Virus record (IMG/VR): IMGVR_UViG_2718218168_000001
Span: 1-64,000 of that record
Length of the DNA stretch: 64,000 bases
DNA from: a virus
Taxonomy: Duplodnaviria; Heunggongvirae; Uroviricota; Caudoviricetes
Strand: one strand, 5' to 3'
Shown here: positions 10,324 to 22,992 of the stretch, in pieces
Numbering within the stretch: the first letter of the stretch is position 1
How the letters are laid out: every line of letters begins with the position of its first letter
The notes under the pieces: generated by a model
Database searches by the model: none
What the model saw: only the letters and a program-made list of their open reading frames with translations
Told to the model about the DNA's origin: nothing
Program-made: the position numbers and the translations under genes

Positions 10324-10570
10324 ACTCCGGCAGCTCCGCCGACTTTCGACAATGAAGTTATCGCTGGCGGCGATAGTTTTTGACTCGATTTTCATGGCGG
10401 TATATGTGCTCAATGAGACGTGGCCACTGGAACCGCTATTATATGCCGGGCTTCGGCTGTGCCTGACATTTTTGAGCATGGCTGCAAGATTGATGCAGCA
10501 GAAAGAAACCGCTTCAGATTGCCCACGTCGCGCGGTGCGCAAATATATGGCACGCAGACGAAGGCGATAA
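10316..10570 (+). CDS. small membrane protein overlapping the lyz 3' end
   Basis: 84 aa from the internal ATG; hydrophobic core and Arg-rich C-terminus; overlaps the lyz stop; no homolog recalled. Confidence 0.3.
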   Translation: MNKLRQLRRLSTMKLSLAAIVFDSIFMAVYVLNETWPLEPLLYAGLRLCLTFLSMAARLMQQKETASDCPRRAVRKYMARRRRR

Positions 10571-10614
10571 TAGTTAACGATAACCCCGGCAGCCGCCGGG
10601 GTTATTTTTGGTGG

Positions 10615-13321
<2,707 letters not shown>

Positions 13322-13411
13322 TTATTGTCTGCCAAGATTGCACCTTAATTAGAATAATTCGCATCGTGTTTGAACGGAAGTTTAACACTAGTCACTTGTT
13401 AAGGATTACCA

Positions 13412-16400
13412 ATGAACAAGCTATCTATGGGGGTGTTTCGCTGTTCAAGTGTCAGCGAAATATTGAAATACATTAGGGCAATAACATCTCACCGAGCGCC
13501 GATTAAATACGGCGTGGAAAAGGTGGAAGGCAAAAGCTATGACCGACTGCGCCGTGAGGCGAATCAGAAGGCGATAGATTTGCTTAATTCGCTGGTGGAC
13601 GGCGCGACACTGACAGATGAACAGCGCCAGATCCTGGCTGGGTACACCGGTGAAGGCGGCATTGGCGGGTCCGTCTCCGAATATTACACACCAAAGCCGA
13701 TAGCTGAAGGTGTCTGGGAGATCATGAAGCTCTACGGCGCGGACGTAGGTAACACTCTGGAACCATCGGCGGGCACCGGCGTTTTTAATGAGACAAAACC
13801 GGTTGGCACGGTGATGACCGCGACTGAGATCAGCAGTGTTTCCGGTCGTATAAACCAGCTGTTACATCCGGAAGACAGCGTACAGATTTCCCCGTTCGAA
13901 CAACTGGCTGTAAGCACGCCTAACGATTCATTCGACCATGTGGTGGGTAACGTTCCGTTCGGTGGTCGTGATAACACACGCAACATCGATAAACCTTACG
14001 CAGAAGAAACGGACATGGGGTCTTACTTCATGCTCCGCATGTTGGACAAGATAAAGCCTGGCGGATTCATGTGCGTGATTGTGCCGCCGTCCATTGTTTC
14101 AGGTTCAAACATGAAGCGGTTACGCCTGCGTCTATCCCGTAAAGCTGAATTTCTTGGCGCTCACCGCTTGCCTACCGGTACTTTTGACGCAAACGGGACC
14201 AGTACGGTCGTTGATGTGGTGCTGATGCGTAAACATCCGGCAGAGATGGCTGAGAAAATCCCCCTGGTGGATGAAGGCACTCTTGAATCGGCAAATGTGC
14301 TTTGGCCAACGTTTATTTCTGGCAAGTGGTTTGAAAAGGACGGCCGCCGGTTTGTTCATGGTACTCAGGAGAAGGGATTCCAGGGGCGTATTGAGGTTCG
14401 TGCCGACGGGCAGATTGATAACCTGGCTCTTAAAGCGAAGCTGATTCATCGTTTCGAAAGTCGTATCGACTGGTCTTTGCTCGATATGGCTGAACCGTCA
14501 CCGACCGCAGATGTTGTTGATGAAGGGGAAATGCGCCTGATTAATGGCGTATGGCAAAAATATGCTGGTGGTCGCTGGATTGAAGCTGATGCCGGGAAGG
14601 AGCTGAAGATTGATGTTGCCAGTTATGGCGCGGATAGCTGGGAGGCTCTTCAGCGTAACCTGACTACCACAGAAGGTCGTCTCGGCATGACATTTACCCA
14701 GATGGCAAATGTCCGCGATAAGTACACCACATCAATCAGCGACGATATGGTGCAACTGGTGGACTGGATTAACAGCCAGCCTGAAAAATACCGTGAACGC
14801 TTGTATCGCGGGGCGATGATTGGCCGGATGTTAATTGAATATCAGGATATGAAGGCCGCCGGGCATAGTGCTGAACAAATCGAACAGCAGCGCCTTTCTC
14901 TGGTATCCCGTTTGCAGGCAGAGATTGACCGCTTTGGTAATCCTGGTCGCGGTCCTATAGCGAAATTGTCGGGGAGCGGTGCGCGCGCCTGGTTTGCTTT
15001 CCGTGGTGCGATTAAGCTGGATGGCACTATTTCAGACGAGCTGACAGGAAAGCTGGTTACGCATGACTCCAGCGCCAGTTATGACTCCACCAGCTATCAG
15101 GACACCCTGCGTTATCTCTATAGCGATCTTACCCGCGATCCAATCCAGCTCGATGATTTCCGCCTTGCGTTTACCGGCGAACTGCCAGCCAGTGATGACG
15201 AGTTGCTTAATTTATTGGCCAGCACCCCTGGTATTGCGGTTTCACCGTATGGCGGGATTGTTCCGTTTGCCCGCGCCACCAGCGGCGACATTAACGAGAT
15301 AGTGGCTCCAAAACAGGAATTCCTCGCCACGCTCCCCGACGGTCCAGTAAAGAACAACGTCCTTAATCAGCTGGCAGCGATCGAAGAGAAGCGCATCAAG
15401 ACGCCAGCAGAGAATATCCGGTTTAAGCTCAATAGCCGTTGGTTCGACCGTTCCGTCATTCTGGAATTTTTGCAGGAAAACGGCTATCCGGATCTGCGCT
15501 ATGTGCAGTCAGTGCAGCTGGAAGGCGACGAAATGGTTTCTGACACCTATCACGGTGGTGATGGCCTGTTCGTAGGGCACCGATACGGTGTCGTCCAGCG
15601 CAAGGATAAAGAAACAGGCGAGATCCGCTACGAGTGGGACCGTAAATCAGGTGAAAACGCGACCGGGTTCCCGGCACAGCTGGAAAAGTATCTCAATGGT
15701 GCGCGTATCGGTGGCAAAGATAGCGCGACGGCGAACGGCTACCGCGAGCAGATGGCACTGCTTGAGGACCAGTTCAATAAGTGGATCAAGACGCACGATC
15801 GCTACGATGAGTTGGTTGCCAAATACAACGATGTGTTCAATAGCAATATCCCGTATGAACACTCTGGCGATCCGCTTGGGTTGAAGGGATTAAGCGGTAA
15901 GCGCCAGCCATTTGATTACCAGAATAGCGAGGTGCGCCGACTGTCCGAAGATGGGCGCGGCATCCTGGGCTTCGGCACCGGGCTGGGTAAAACGACGACC
16001 GCGCTGGCGCTTGAGGCGTTCAACTATGAGAACGGTCGCTCCACCCGTACTGCTTATGTAGTGCCTAAAGCAGTGCTGGAAAACTGGTATTACGAAGCAA
16101 AAGAGTTCCTGAGTGAAGAGGCATTCAGTAACTACCTGTTCGTCGGTCTTGATGTGCTGATGGATGGCGATCAGATTCGCCAGGTGCCGGTGCTCGATGA
16201 GAACGGTAAACCTGTTCTTGGTACTGATGGCACTCCAGTTATGCGCGATGCTCTTAAGCTGGCAGATGAAGCCACTATCACGGCGCGGATGAACGCGATC
16301 CCGCACTCAAATTACCGTGCAGTCGTGTTTACCAAAGAACAATACGCCCGCATTCCGCTACGTGATGACACCGTAGATGAGCATGCACAGGATATGCTTT

Positions 16401-19400
16401 ATGACTTCGTTGCCGCTGGGCGCGTAGCCAGCGCAATGGATTCCGATTCCCATCGCAAAGAGGCGGCGCGTCGCCGGGTATTGTCGGAGTATTCAGATAC
16501 CGGTACCGAAAAAGCAGAGAAGTATCCGTACTTTGAGGATATGGGCTTCGACAGCGTGATCGCCGACGAAGGCCACAACTACCGCAATAGCTATAAAAAT
16601 GGTCGCGAAGCGTCACAGCTGGCCTATCTGCCCACCAGCGCGGTAGCGCAATCGGCGCGAGATATGGCAATCAAAAACGCGTACCTGATGAAAAAGAATG
16701 GCGGGCGCGGACCGGTTCTCCTGACTGCAACGCCAGTCGTTAACACCCCGATCGATGCATACAACATGCTTTCTCATGTTCTGCCGAAGGAATACTGGCA
16801 GAAGATGGGGATCTACGGTCCTGATGACTTCGTTAAATTCTTCGGCAAGACCAGGCTGGAAACGGTACAGAAAATCAGCGGTGAAGTTGAAGAAAAAATG
16901 GCGCTGGTGGGCTTTGAAAACCTTGATGCGCTGCGCGGTATATTCCATCGCTGGGTAACGCTTAAAACGGCGGAAGACGTTAAGGATACCGTGGAGATCC
17001 CGGAACTGGACGAACACCAGCAGGATGCACCACTTACTGAAGAACAACTGGCGGCGTATGAAGAATTGCGTCAGCAGGCGGAAGCGGCGGCCAAAGCCAA
17101 CAATGGCGTAACGACCTCGGTCAATGAAGACGGCGTGATTGAGCACGAGAAGGCCCGTCCGATCTTCTCAATAATCAGGGATATGGACCGCGTATGTACT
17201 GACATGGACCTGTACTATCGCCGGATCACCTATCGTTTCCTGCCGGAGTACGCCGATGCGGTGCAGCAGCTGGCGGACAGTTTGCCTAAACAAGCCACCA
17301 GCGAAGACGACGACAGTGATGATTCAATCACGCAGCAATCGCAATACTCCCTGATAGATAAGGGCGAGTTTATTCAGTTACAGGTTCCGGAAGCGTTCGA
17401 GCAGGAAGTGAATAAGCGCCTGGCCAGGTTTGGCATTGACGAACAGACCGTAACTCACCCCGTTACGCCCAAATACGCGAAGCTGATTGCCACGCTGAAG
17501 GAGTTTTTCCCGGAAGGTAAGCAAATCATCTTCACCGATGAAAAAACGCAGCACCAGAAGCTCAAGCGCATTATCTGCAATGCTCTTAACCTTGAACCTT
17601 CAAAGGTGGGGATACTGAATGCTCAGACGGTTGCCGAGGCAGGTAAAACCGGTAAGAAACTGAAAGCGGTTAAACCGCCGAAAGAGTTACCGGATGAACC
17701 AACAGATGCACAGATAGCGAAATACAACGAGCAAATGGCTCTGTATGACGCCTATATCGCGCAGCAAAATGAAATGTCGTTGGGCGGTCTGGAAAAGATT
17801 GCAGCCGACTTCCAGGAGGGCCGGACTCCGATCATCATCTGCAACAAAAAGGCAGAGGTGGGTATCAACCTGCATCGAGGAACGACTGACATCCATCATC
17901 TGACGTTGCCATGGACTCCAGCCAGTATTGCGCAACGAAACGGTCGCGGTGCCCGAGTTGGCTCCAACCGTGCAAGCGTTCGCGTTCACTACTACTGCGG
18001 CAAGGGTTCTTTCGATGAATACCGACTGAAGACGCTGAAGCGTAAAGCAGGCTGGATCTCCGATATCCTCCGTTCAGATAAGTCAGAAATGGAGAACGCC
18101 GACGCCAACGATATGATCGAAATGCAGATGTATACCGCTAAGGATGATGGCGAACGTCTGGCAATGATGCAGGTTCAAATGGATAAGGCGAAAGCTGCGA
18201 AACGCGCTCGCCAGAAAGAACAGGCTACTATCGACCTTCAGAACTACATCAAGGCGCAGCACGCAGCTGGTGAGGATGTGGAGGTACTTACCGCTGAATT
18301 GGAGCGAAGCAAAGCGGAACTTGAAAAGACCACCGCCGACGTCGCCAAATTCAAACAGGCGGTAATGGCCAAAGCAGCTGATAACGCAGACTGGAAAGCC
18401 CGCTGGGGTAGCGTCCATCACACAGACCGTATGTTGTTAGCACAGTATCGCGCGTCGTTGAAAAGCGCCATTCAGCGCAAGGCTAATATCTCTCAGGCCA
18501 TCTCCCGCTATGAGAAATTATTGAACCGTACTCAGAAGGCCGCGACGGATATCAAACGCCTGCGCCCGCAGGTGGAGGATGCAATAAATAAAGGCATTCT
18601 GGATGTTGATCCTGATCTGGTTAACCATGCGAATGAGTTCCTTGTTATCGGCGATCGCTCATGGCGTGTAGGCCAATACTACGATTGTGCCGGTGATATC
18701 GTTCGCATTAAGTCGCTGGACTTCGACAGCCAGCGCGCAGACGTGGAGATCATCTTTACCTTCAAAGGCACCAAATCGGGTAACTGGGATGTGAAGACGC
18801 TGGATAAACAGGTTGATGTAACTCCCGATGAAGATGCTGTTATGCAGAAAATCAGTGGTGGCGTCTCCATCGCCGGGATTAACGACATCATTTCCTGTGA
18901 CGATTTCTACCGTTTCCAGCAGCGCGGCATGATCAAAATAACTGACTCGTACGGCGTTCAGACTACAGAGTCAGGCTATAGCATTGATTTTGTTGGTACC
19001 TATACGGACCCACTGAAGCATGCGGTTTACCCGGATCGCCGTGACGGCGCGCTGAAGTCGTCAATTGCAAAATGGGTGCTTGGTATGATGTCGGAAGGGA
19101 ATAACCGCCAGGTCCGTTTGGCAGAAGTATTCCTGACTGAACTGTTTGGCTCCAATTATGGCGAGGTAATCGCGTCATACGGAGATACTCTATCCCCTGA
19201 AGCACTTCAGGAGAAAATAGCGGATTCGATCGCCAAAATGCCGGAGAAAACAAGCCAGGGGGCTACTCGTAACGGGGATTCTGAACTTGAGGTCACCAAT
19301 GCTATTTTCGGTACCCATGAGTTCCGGGCGTCAGATTATGAGATCACCACAGCACAGTTTGGCACCATTGGCATTTACAGCAATAAAGACGAGATCAAGC

Positions 19401-20179
19401 AGGCAATGGACGCAGCAAGTGCGCGCATTGCAGCAGAACGGAAAGCCAATCTGAATCATGCAGTCGCCGCGCTGACTCAATCGTGGGTAACAGCAATCAG
19501 GGAGGCCGCCACCACAGGAAAAATCACACCGGCAATTGCGGATGTCGTAAACGACGGCTCTAAATTTATGGATGCCTATAAAATGGATGCGGTGCAGTTG
19601 CCATCAGCCTATGGCCAACTCAGCTATCGCATAACCTACAACCTGGTATCAATGTTTACTGACCTTGCCATCCTTGGGCTGGTGGACCTTAACGAGGTTA
19701 CGCCGGAATTACTCAGCATGCGCAAGAATCATGTTGAGATATTGCAGAGAATTAACACGGTTCTTGCCGGGCGCACCGATGAAGAGAAACAGGCCGACGC
19801 TGATCGGATAAACCTGGCCCTAGGCAACATCACGGAGGAAGAAATTGCCGCCAGAAACGAGAAACAAGAAGAGTTATCATCAATACAGGGTGATGCCACC
19901 AGCATAGCTCAGTCTCTTGGTCTGAATTATCGCGTATCCACCGCCGACCTGAAGATGATGTACGCACCAAAATTCGCCGCTGGCGAGGTATTTGGGCTTC
20001 AGGAAGCCTCAGGCATGAAAGGCGTTCTTTTCCGTGCGAAAGACGCAATCAAGGCGAAATTCGGCGCTCGCTGGCTGCCAGCGAAGGCGAAGAACAGCGA
20101 TTTCCCGGGTAACTGGTGGATTATCGAGACAAAACACAACGTGGCGGACGTTCTGGCCGTCATCCAACAATACGCATAA
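13412..20179 (+). CDS. darB: DarB antirestriction protein (methyltransferase-helicase fusion)
   Basis: 2255 aa, the size I recall for P1 DarB; N-terminal N6-MTase-like region, central helicase motifs (GTGLGKTT Walker A, DEGH box). Confidence 0.9.
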   Translation: MNKLSMGVFRCSSVSEILKYIRAITSHRAPIKYGVEKVEGKSYDRLRREANQKAIDLLNSLVDGATLTDEQRQILAGYTGEGGIGGSVSEYYTPKPIAEGVWEIMKLYGADVGNTLEPSAGTGVFNETKPVGTVMTATEISSVSGRINQLLHPEDSVQISPFEQLAVSTPNDSFDHVVGNVPFGGRDNTRNIDKPYAEETDMGSYFMLRMLDKIKPGGFMCVIVPPSIVSGSNMKRLRLRLSRKAEFLGAHRLPTGTFDANGTSTVVDVVLMRKHPAEMAEKIPLVDEGTLESANVLWPTFISGKWFEKDGRRFVHGTQEKGFQGRIEVRADGQIDNLALKAKLIHRFESRIDWSLLDMAEPSPTADVVDEGEMRLINGVWQKYAGGRWIEADAGKELKIDVASYGADSWEALQRNLTTTEGRLGMTFTQMANVRDKYTTSISDDMVQLVDWINSQPEKYRERLYRGAMIGRMLIEYQDMKAAGHSAEQIEQQRLSLVSRLQAEIDRFGNPGRGPIAKLSGSGARAWFAFRGAIKLDGTISDELTGKLVTHDSSASYDSTSYQDTLRYLYSDLTRDPIQLDDFRLAFTGELPASDDELLNLLASTPGIAVSPYGGIVPFARATSGDINEIVAPKQEFLATLPDGPVKNNVLNQLAAIEEKRIKTPAENIRFKLNSRWFDRSVILEFLQENGYPDLRYVQSVQLEGDEMVSDTYHGGDGLFVGHRYGVVQRKDKETGEIRYEWDRKSGENATGFPAQLEKYLNGARIGGKDSATANGYREQMALLEDQFNKWIKTHDRYDELVAKYNDVFNSNIPYEHSGDPLGLKGLSGKRQPFDYQNSEVRRLSEDGRGILGFGTGLGKTTTALALEAFNYENGRSTRTAYVVPKAVLENWYYEAKEFLSEEAFSNYLFVGLDVLMDGDQIRQVPVLDENGKPVLGTDGTPVMRDALKLADEATITARMNAIPHSNYRAVVFTKEQYARIPLRDDTVDEHAQDMLYDFVAAGRVASAMDSDSHRKEAARRRVLSEYSDTGTEKAEKYPYFEDMGFDSVIADEGHNYRNSYKNGREASQLAYLPTSAVAQSARDMAIKNAYLMKKNGGRGPVLLTATPVVNTPIDAYNMLSHVLPKEYWQKMGIYGPDDFVKFFGKTRLETVQKISGEVEEKMALVGFENLDALRGIFHRWVTLKTAEDVKDTVEIPELDEHQQDAPLTEEQLAAYEELRQQAEAAAKANNGVTTSVNEDGVIEHEKARPIFSIIRDMDRVCTDMDLYYRRITYRFLPEYADAVQQLADSLPKQATSEDDDSDDSITQQSQYSLIDKGEFIQLQVPEAFEQEVNKRLARFGIDEQTVTHPVTPKYAKLIATLKEFFPEGKQIIFTDEKTQHQKLKRIICNALNLEPSKVGILNAQTVAEAGKTGKKLKAVKPPKELPDEPTDAQIAKYNEQMALYDAYIAQQNEMSLGGLEKIAADFQEGRTPIIICNKKAEVGINLHRGTTDIHHLTLPWTPASIAQRNGRGARVGSNRASVRVHYYCGKGSFDEYRLKTLKRKAGWISDILRSDKSEMENADANDMIEMQMYTAKDDGERLAMMQVQMDKAKAAKRARQKEQATIDLQNYIKAQHAAGEDVEVLTAELERSKAELEKTTADVAKFKQAVMAKAADNADWKARWGSVHHTDRMLLAQYRASLKSAIQRKANISQAISRYEKLLNRTQKAATDIKRLRPQVEDAINKGILDVDPDLVNHANEFLVIGDRSWRVGQYYDCAGDIVRIKSLDFDSQRADVEIIFTFKGTKSGNWDVKTLDKQVDVTPDEDAVMQKISGGVSIAGINDIISCDDFYRFQQRGMIKITDSYGVQTTESGYSIDFVGTYTDPLKHAVYPDRRDGALKSSIAKWVLGMMSEGNNRQVRLAEVFLTELFGSNYGEVIASYGDTLSPEALQEKIADSIAKMPEKTSQGATRNGDSELEVTNAIFGTHEFRASDYEITTAQFGTIGIYSNKDEIKQAMDAASARIAAERKANLNHAVAALTQSWVTAIREAATTGKITPAIADVVNDGSKFMDAYKMDAVQLPSAYGQLSYRITYNLVSMFTDLAILGLVDLNEVTPELLSMRKNHVEILQRINTVLAGRTDEEKQADADRINLALGNITEEEIAARNEKQEELSSIQGDATSIAQSLGLNYRVSTADLKMMYAPKFAAGEVFGLQEASGMKGVLFRAKDAIKAKFGARWLPAKAKNSDFPGNWWIIETKHNVADVLAVIQQYA

Positions 20180-20212
20180 CAGGAGCGCCCGGTTCGCCGG
20201 GCGTCGCATAAT

Positions 20213-20653
20213 ATGGCCACACTATCTGATACAATAAAACCGAATAAAACATATCTTGAGGCGGTACTCCGTACAGCGTTGTTAGGAAAGACAGAAGACG
20301 AATACGTTGATTTCTTCCTGTCAGGGCTACGCGGGCGATTACTGAAAAATCCCCGCCTGTACCGCAGCTATGGTCCATACTGGCCGGAAATTAAAAAATT
20401 ATTACTGGAGCGCGGTTATGGTAATTTCGGTCGTCTCGTTGACCGTGACGTTCGCAAAATTTACCGTTATGACCGCCCGGCGCTAACACTCATAGCCGCG
20501 ACGCTCTACAGCCAGGAGCGTTTTGATAATGGTCAGATATACTCAGCCTGGCATTTACTGCCAGTGCCTGAAGAAGTTGACGACCAGGACTATGAGTTTG
20601 AGTCTTACGATTTGGAAGTTGAAGCCTTGGCACAGGCTGGAGAGAAAACTTGA
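20213..20653 (+). CDS. ulx: Ulx-like protein (darB operon)
   Basis: 146 aa ORF immediately downstream of darB. Confidence 0.55.
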   Translation: MATLSDTIKPNKTYLEAVLRTALLGKTEDEYVDFFLSGLRGRLLKNPRLYRSYGPYWPEIKKLLLERGYGNFGRLVDRDVRKIYRYDRPALTLIAATLYSQERFDNGQIYSAWHLLPVPEEVDDQDYEFESYDLEVEALAQAGEKT

Positions 20654-20898
20654 AAAAGCGATACTACACAGTAAAGCATGGGACGCTACGAGCATTACAA
20701 GAGTTTGCTGACAAGCATAACGTTGAGGTGCGCAGGGAAGGGGGAAGTAAAGCTCTGCGCATGTACCGTCCGGACGGGAAATGGCGTACGGTCGTCGATT
20801 TCAAAACTAACAGCGTTCCCCAGGGCGTCCGTGACCGGGCATTCGAAGAATGGGAGCAGATCATCATAGATAATGCATTGCTTCTCAATGCGGATTAA
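20650..20898 (+). CDS. lxc: Lxc-like modulator of C1 repression
   Basis: 82 aa basic ORF overlapping the ulx stop; position between darB/ulx and mod as in the P1 immT region. Confidence 0.5.
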   Translation: MKKRYYTVKHGTLRALQEFADKHNVEVRREGGSKALRMYRPDGKWRTVVDFKTNSVPQGVRDRAFEEWEQIIIDNALLLNAD

Positions 20899-21049
20899 AC
20901 TTCCCCAAATTATGGCTGTTTGCTCACCGAGCATCGCTCAAAGAAGCACGATTCTTCAAACATATAGATAGTGATAGTGCCACAACTTCTGGCTCTAACG
21001 GGCTGGGGAGGCGGCGCTTTGTTGCTAAATGATCTGGTTTAAAATGGAT

Positions 21050-22990
21050 ATGAAAAAAGAAACGATTTTTTCCGAAGTAGAAACGGCTAACAGCAAGCAA
21101 CTGGCTGTGTTGAAAGCTAATTTCCCACAGTGTTTTGATAAAAACGGAGCCTTCATTCAAGAAAAATTGCTTGAGATTATTAGAGCATCGGAGGTTGAAC
21201 TCTCTAAAGAATCATACAGTTTAAACTGGCTGGGTAAATCTTATGCCCGTTTGTTGGCCAATCTACCACCGAAAACGTTGTTGGCAGAAGATAAAACACA
21301 TAACCAACAAGAAGAGAACAAGAACAGTCAAAACCTGTTAATCAAAGGGGATAACCTCGAAGTATTGAAGCATATGGTTAATGCTTATGCTGAAAAGGTG
21401 AATATGATTTACATTGACCCACCATACAATACGGGTAAAGATGGATTCGTCTATAACGATGATCGCAAGTTTACACCAGAACAGCTTTCTGAACTGGCAG
21501 GTATCGAGCTTGATGAGGCTAACCGCATACTTGAATTTACCACCAAGGGTTCAAGCAGTCATAGTGCATGGCTGACATTCATTTATCCTCGTCTTTATAT
21601 TGCACGTGAACTTTTAAAAGAGGATGGAGTAATATTCATCTCCATAGACGATAACGAAGATAAACAGTTGGGATTATTATGCGACGAAGTATTTGGGCAA
21701 GGTAATTTTGTTGCAAAACTCCCTACAATCATGAATCTCAAAGGCAATCATGATAACTTTGGCTTTTCAGATACGCATGAATATATATATGTATACGCTA
21801 AAAACAAAGATGTTTGTAGTTTGGGGCAATTCGATATTGATGAAAGTGAAGTTGAAAAAGAGTGGGATGAAGATGAATATGGGCTATTTAAAAGAGCTGA
21901 TACATTAAAGCGTACTGGCCAAGATGCTTCTAGAAAATCAAGACCAAAAGGTTGGTTTCCGGTATTCATCAATTCAGAAAATAAGGTTTATGTAACAGAT
22001 GATGATAAACCTCTTAACGAAGATGACTATGTACTTTACCCAGTAAGCCCTACGGGTGAAGAGCTTTCATGGTCGTGGGGAAAGAAAAAAATAAATGATG
22101 AGTTTTATAATCTAATAGTAATAGATATAAAAGATGGTAAAAATATCTATAAAAAACAGCGGCCTGCTCTTGGAGAGCTACCAACTAAAAAGCCAAAATC
22201 AATTTGGTATAAACCTGAATATAGTACAAGCACGGCGACAACTGAGCTTAAAAATCTTTTAGGTGCAAAATTATTTGAAGGACCAAAACCTGTTCCTCTT
22301 ATAACCGATCTTGTAAAAATAGGAACAAAAAAGGATTCATTAGTTCTTGACTTTTTTGCTGGCTCTGGTACGACAGCAGAAGCTGTTGCATATTTAAATG
22401 AAAAAGATTCAGGCTGTAGGAATTTTATATGCATACAAAAAGATGAAGTTATAAATAAAACAAAGAATGCCTATTCTCTTGGCTATAGATCTATTTTTGA
22501 AATAACAAAAAAAAGGATACAGGAGGTATTTAAAAAAAGCACAACCACAAGTGATAATGCGGCTAAAATAGGTTTCAAAGTGATTCATACTATTGATGAC
22601 TTTAGAGCAAAAGTTGAGTCTGAACTTACGCTCACTAATCATACATTCTTTGATGATGCGGTATTAACGCCTGAACAGTATGATGCCCTATTGACTACAT
22701 GGTGTGTATATGATGGTAGCTTGTTAACAACACCTATTGAAGATGTTGATCTTAGTGGCTATACAGCACACTTTTGCAATGGCCGTCTGTATTTGATTGC
22801 ACCTAATTTTACTAGCGAAGCATTGAAAGCGTTGCTCCAAAAGCTGGATTCAGATGAAGATTTTGCCCCAAACAAAGTCGTGTTTTATGGTTGTAACTTT
22901 GAAAGTGCAAAACAAAGGGAGCTTAATGAGGCGCTAAAAAGTTATGCTAACAAAAAATCTATTGAGTTAGATTTAGTGGTAAGGAACTAA
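21050..22990 (+). CDS. mod: type III R-M methyltransferase subunit (EcoP1I Mod-like)
   Basis: DPPYNT motif IV and FAGSGTT AdoMet motif of N6-adenine MTases; 646 aa from the MKKETIF start (ORF opens at 21029); followed 3 nt later by res. Confidence 0.9.
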   Translation: MKKETIFSEVETANSKQLAVLKANFPQCFDKNGAFIQEKLLEIIRASEVELSKESYSLNWLGKSYARLLANLPPKTLLAEDKTHNQQEENKNSQNLLIKGDNLEVLKHMVNAYAEKVNMIYIDPPYNTGKDGFVYNDDRKFTPEQLSELAGIELDEANRILEFTTKGSSSHSAWLTFIYPRLYIARELLKEDGVIFISIDDNEDKQLGLLCDEVFGQGNFVAKLPTIMNLKGNHDNFGFSDTHEYIYVYAKNKDVCSLGQFDIDESEVEKEWDEDEYGLFKRADTLKRTGQDASRKSRPKGWFPVFINSENKVYVTDDDKPLNEDDYVLYPVSPTGEELSWSWGKKKINDEFYNLIVIDIKDGKNIYKKQRPALGELPTKKPKSIWYKPEYSTSTATTELKNLLGAKLFEGPKPVPLITDLVKIGTKKDSLVLDFFAGSGTTAEAVAYLNEKDSGCRNFICIQKDEVINKTKNAYSLGYRSIFEITKKRIQEVFKKSTTTSDNAAKIGFKVIHTIDDFRAKVESELTLTNHTFFDDAVLTPEQYDALLTTWCVYDGSLLTTPIEDVDLSGYTAHFCNGRLYLIAPNFTSEALKALLQKLDSDEDFAPNKVVFYGCNFESAKQRELNEALKSYANKKSIELDLVVRN

Positions 22991-22992
22991 TC

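Noticed and set aside
13732-20048. Numerous 60-180 aa minus-strand ORFs inside darB
   Set aside because: All are antisense or out-of-frame within a single uninterrupted 2255-codon gene; no independent start signals.
20186-20203. GC-rich hairpin right after the darB stop
   Set aside because: Not followed by a U-tract and sits 10 nt before the ulx start; more likely an intercistronic structure than a terminator.
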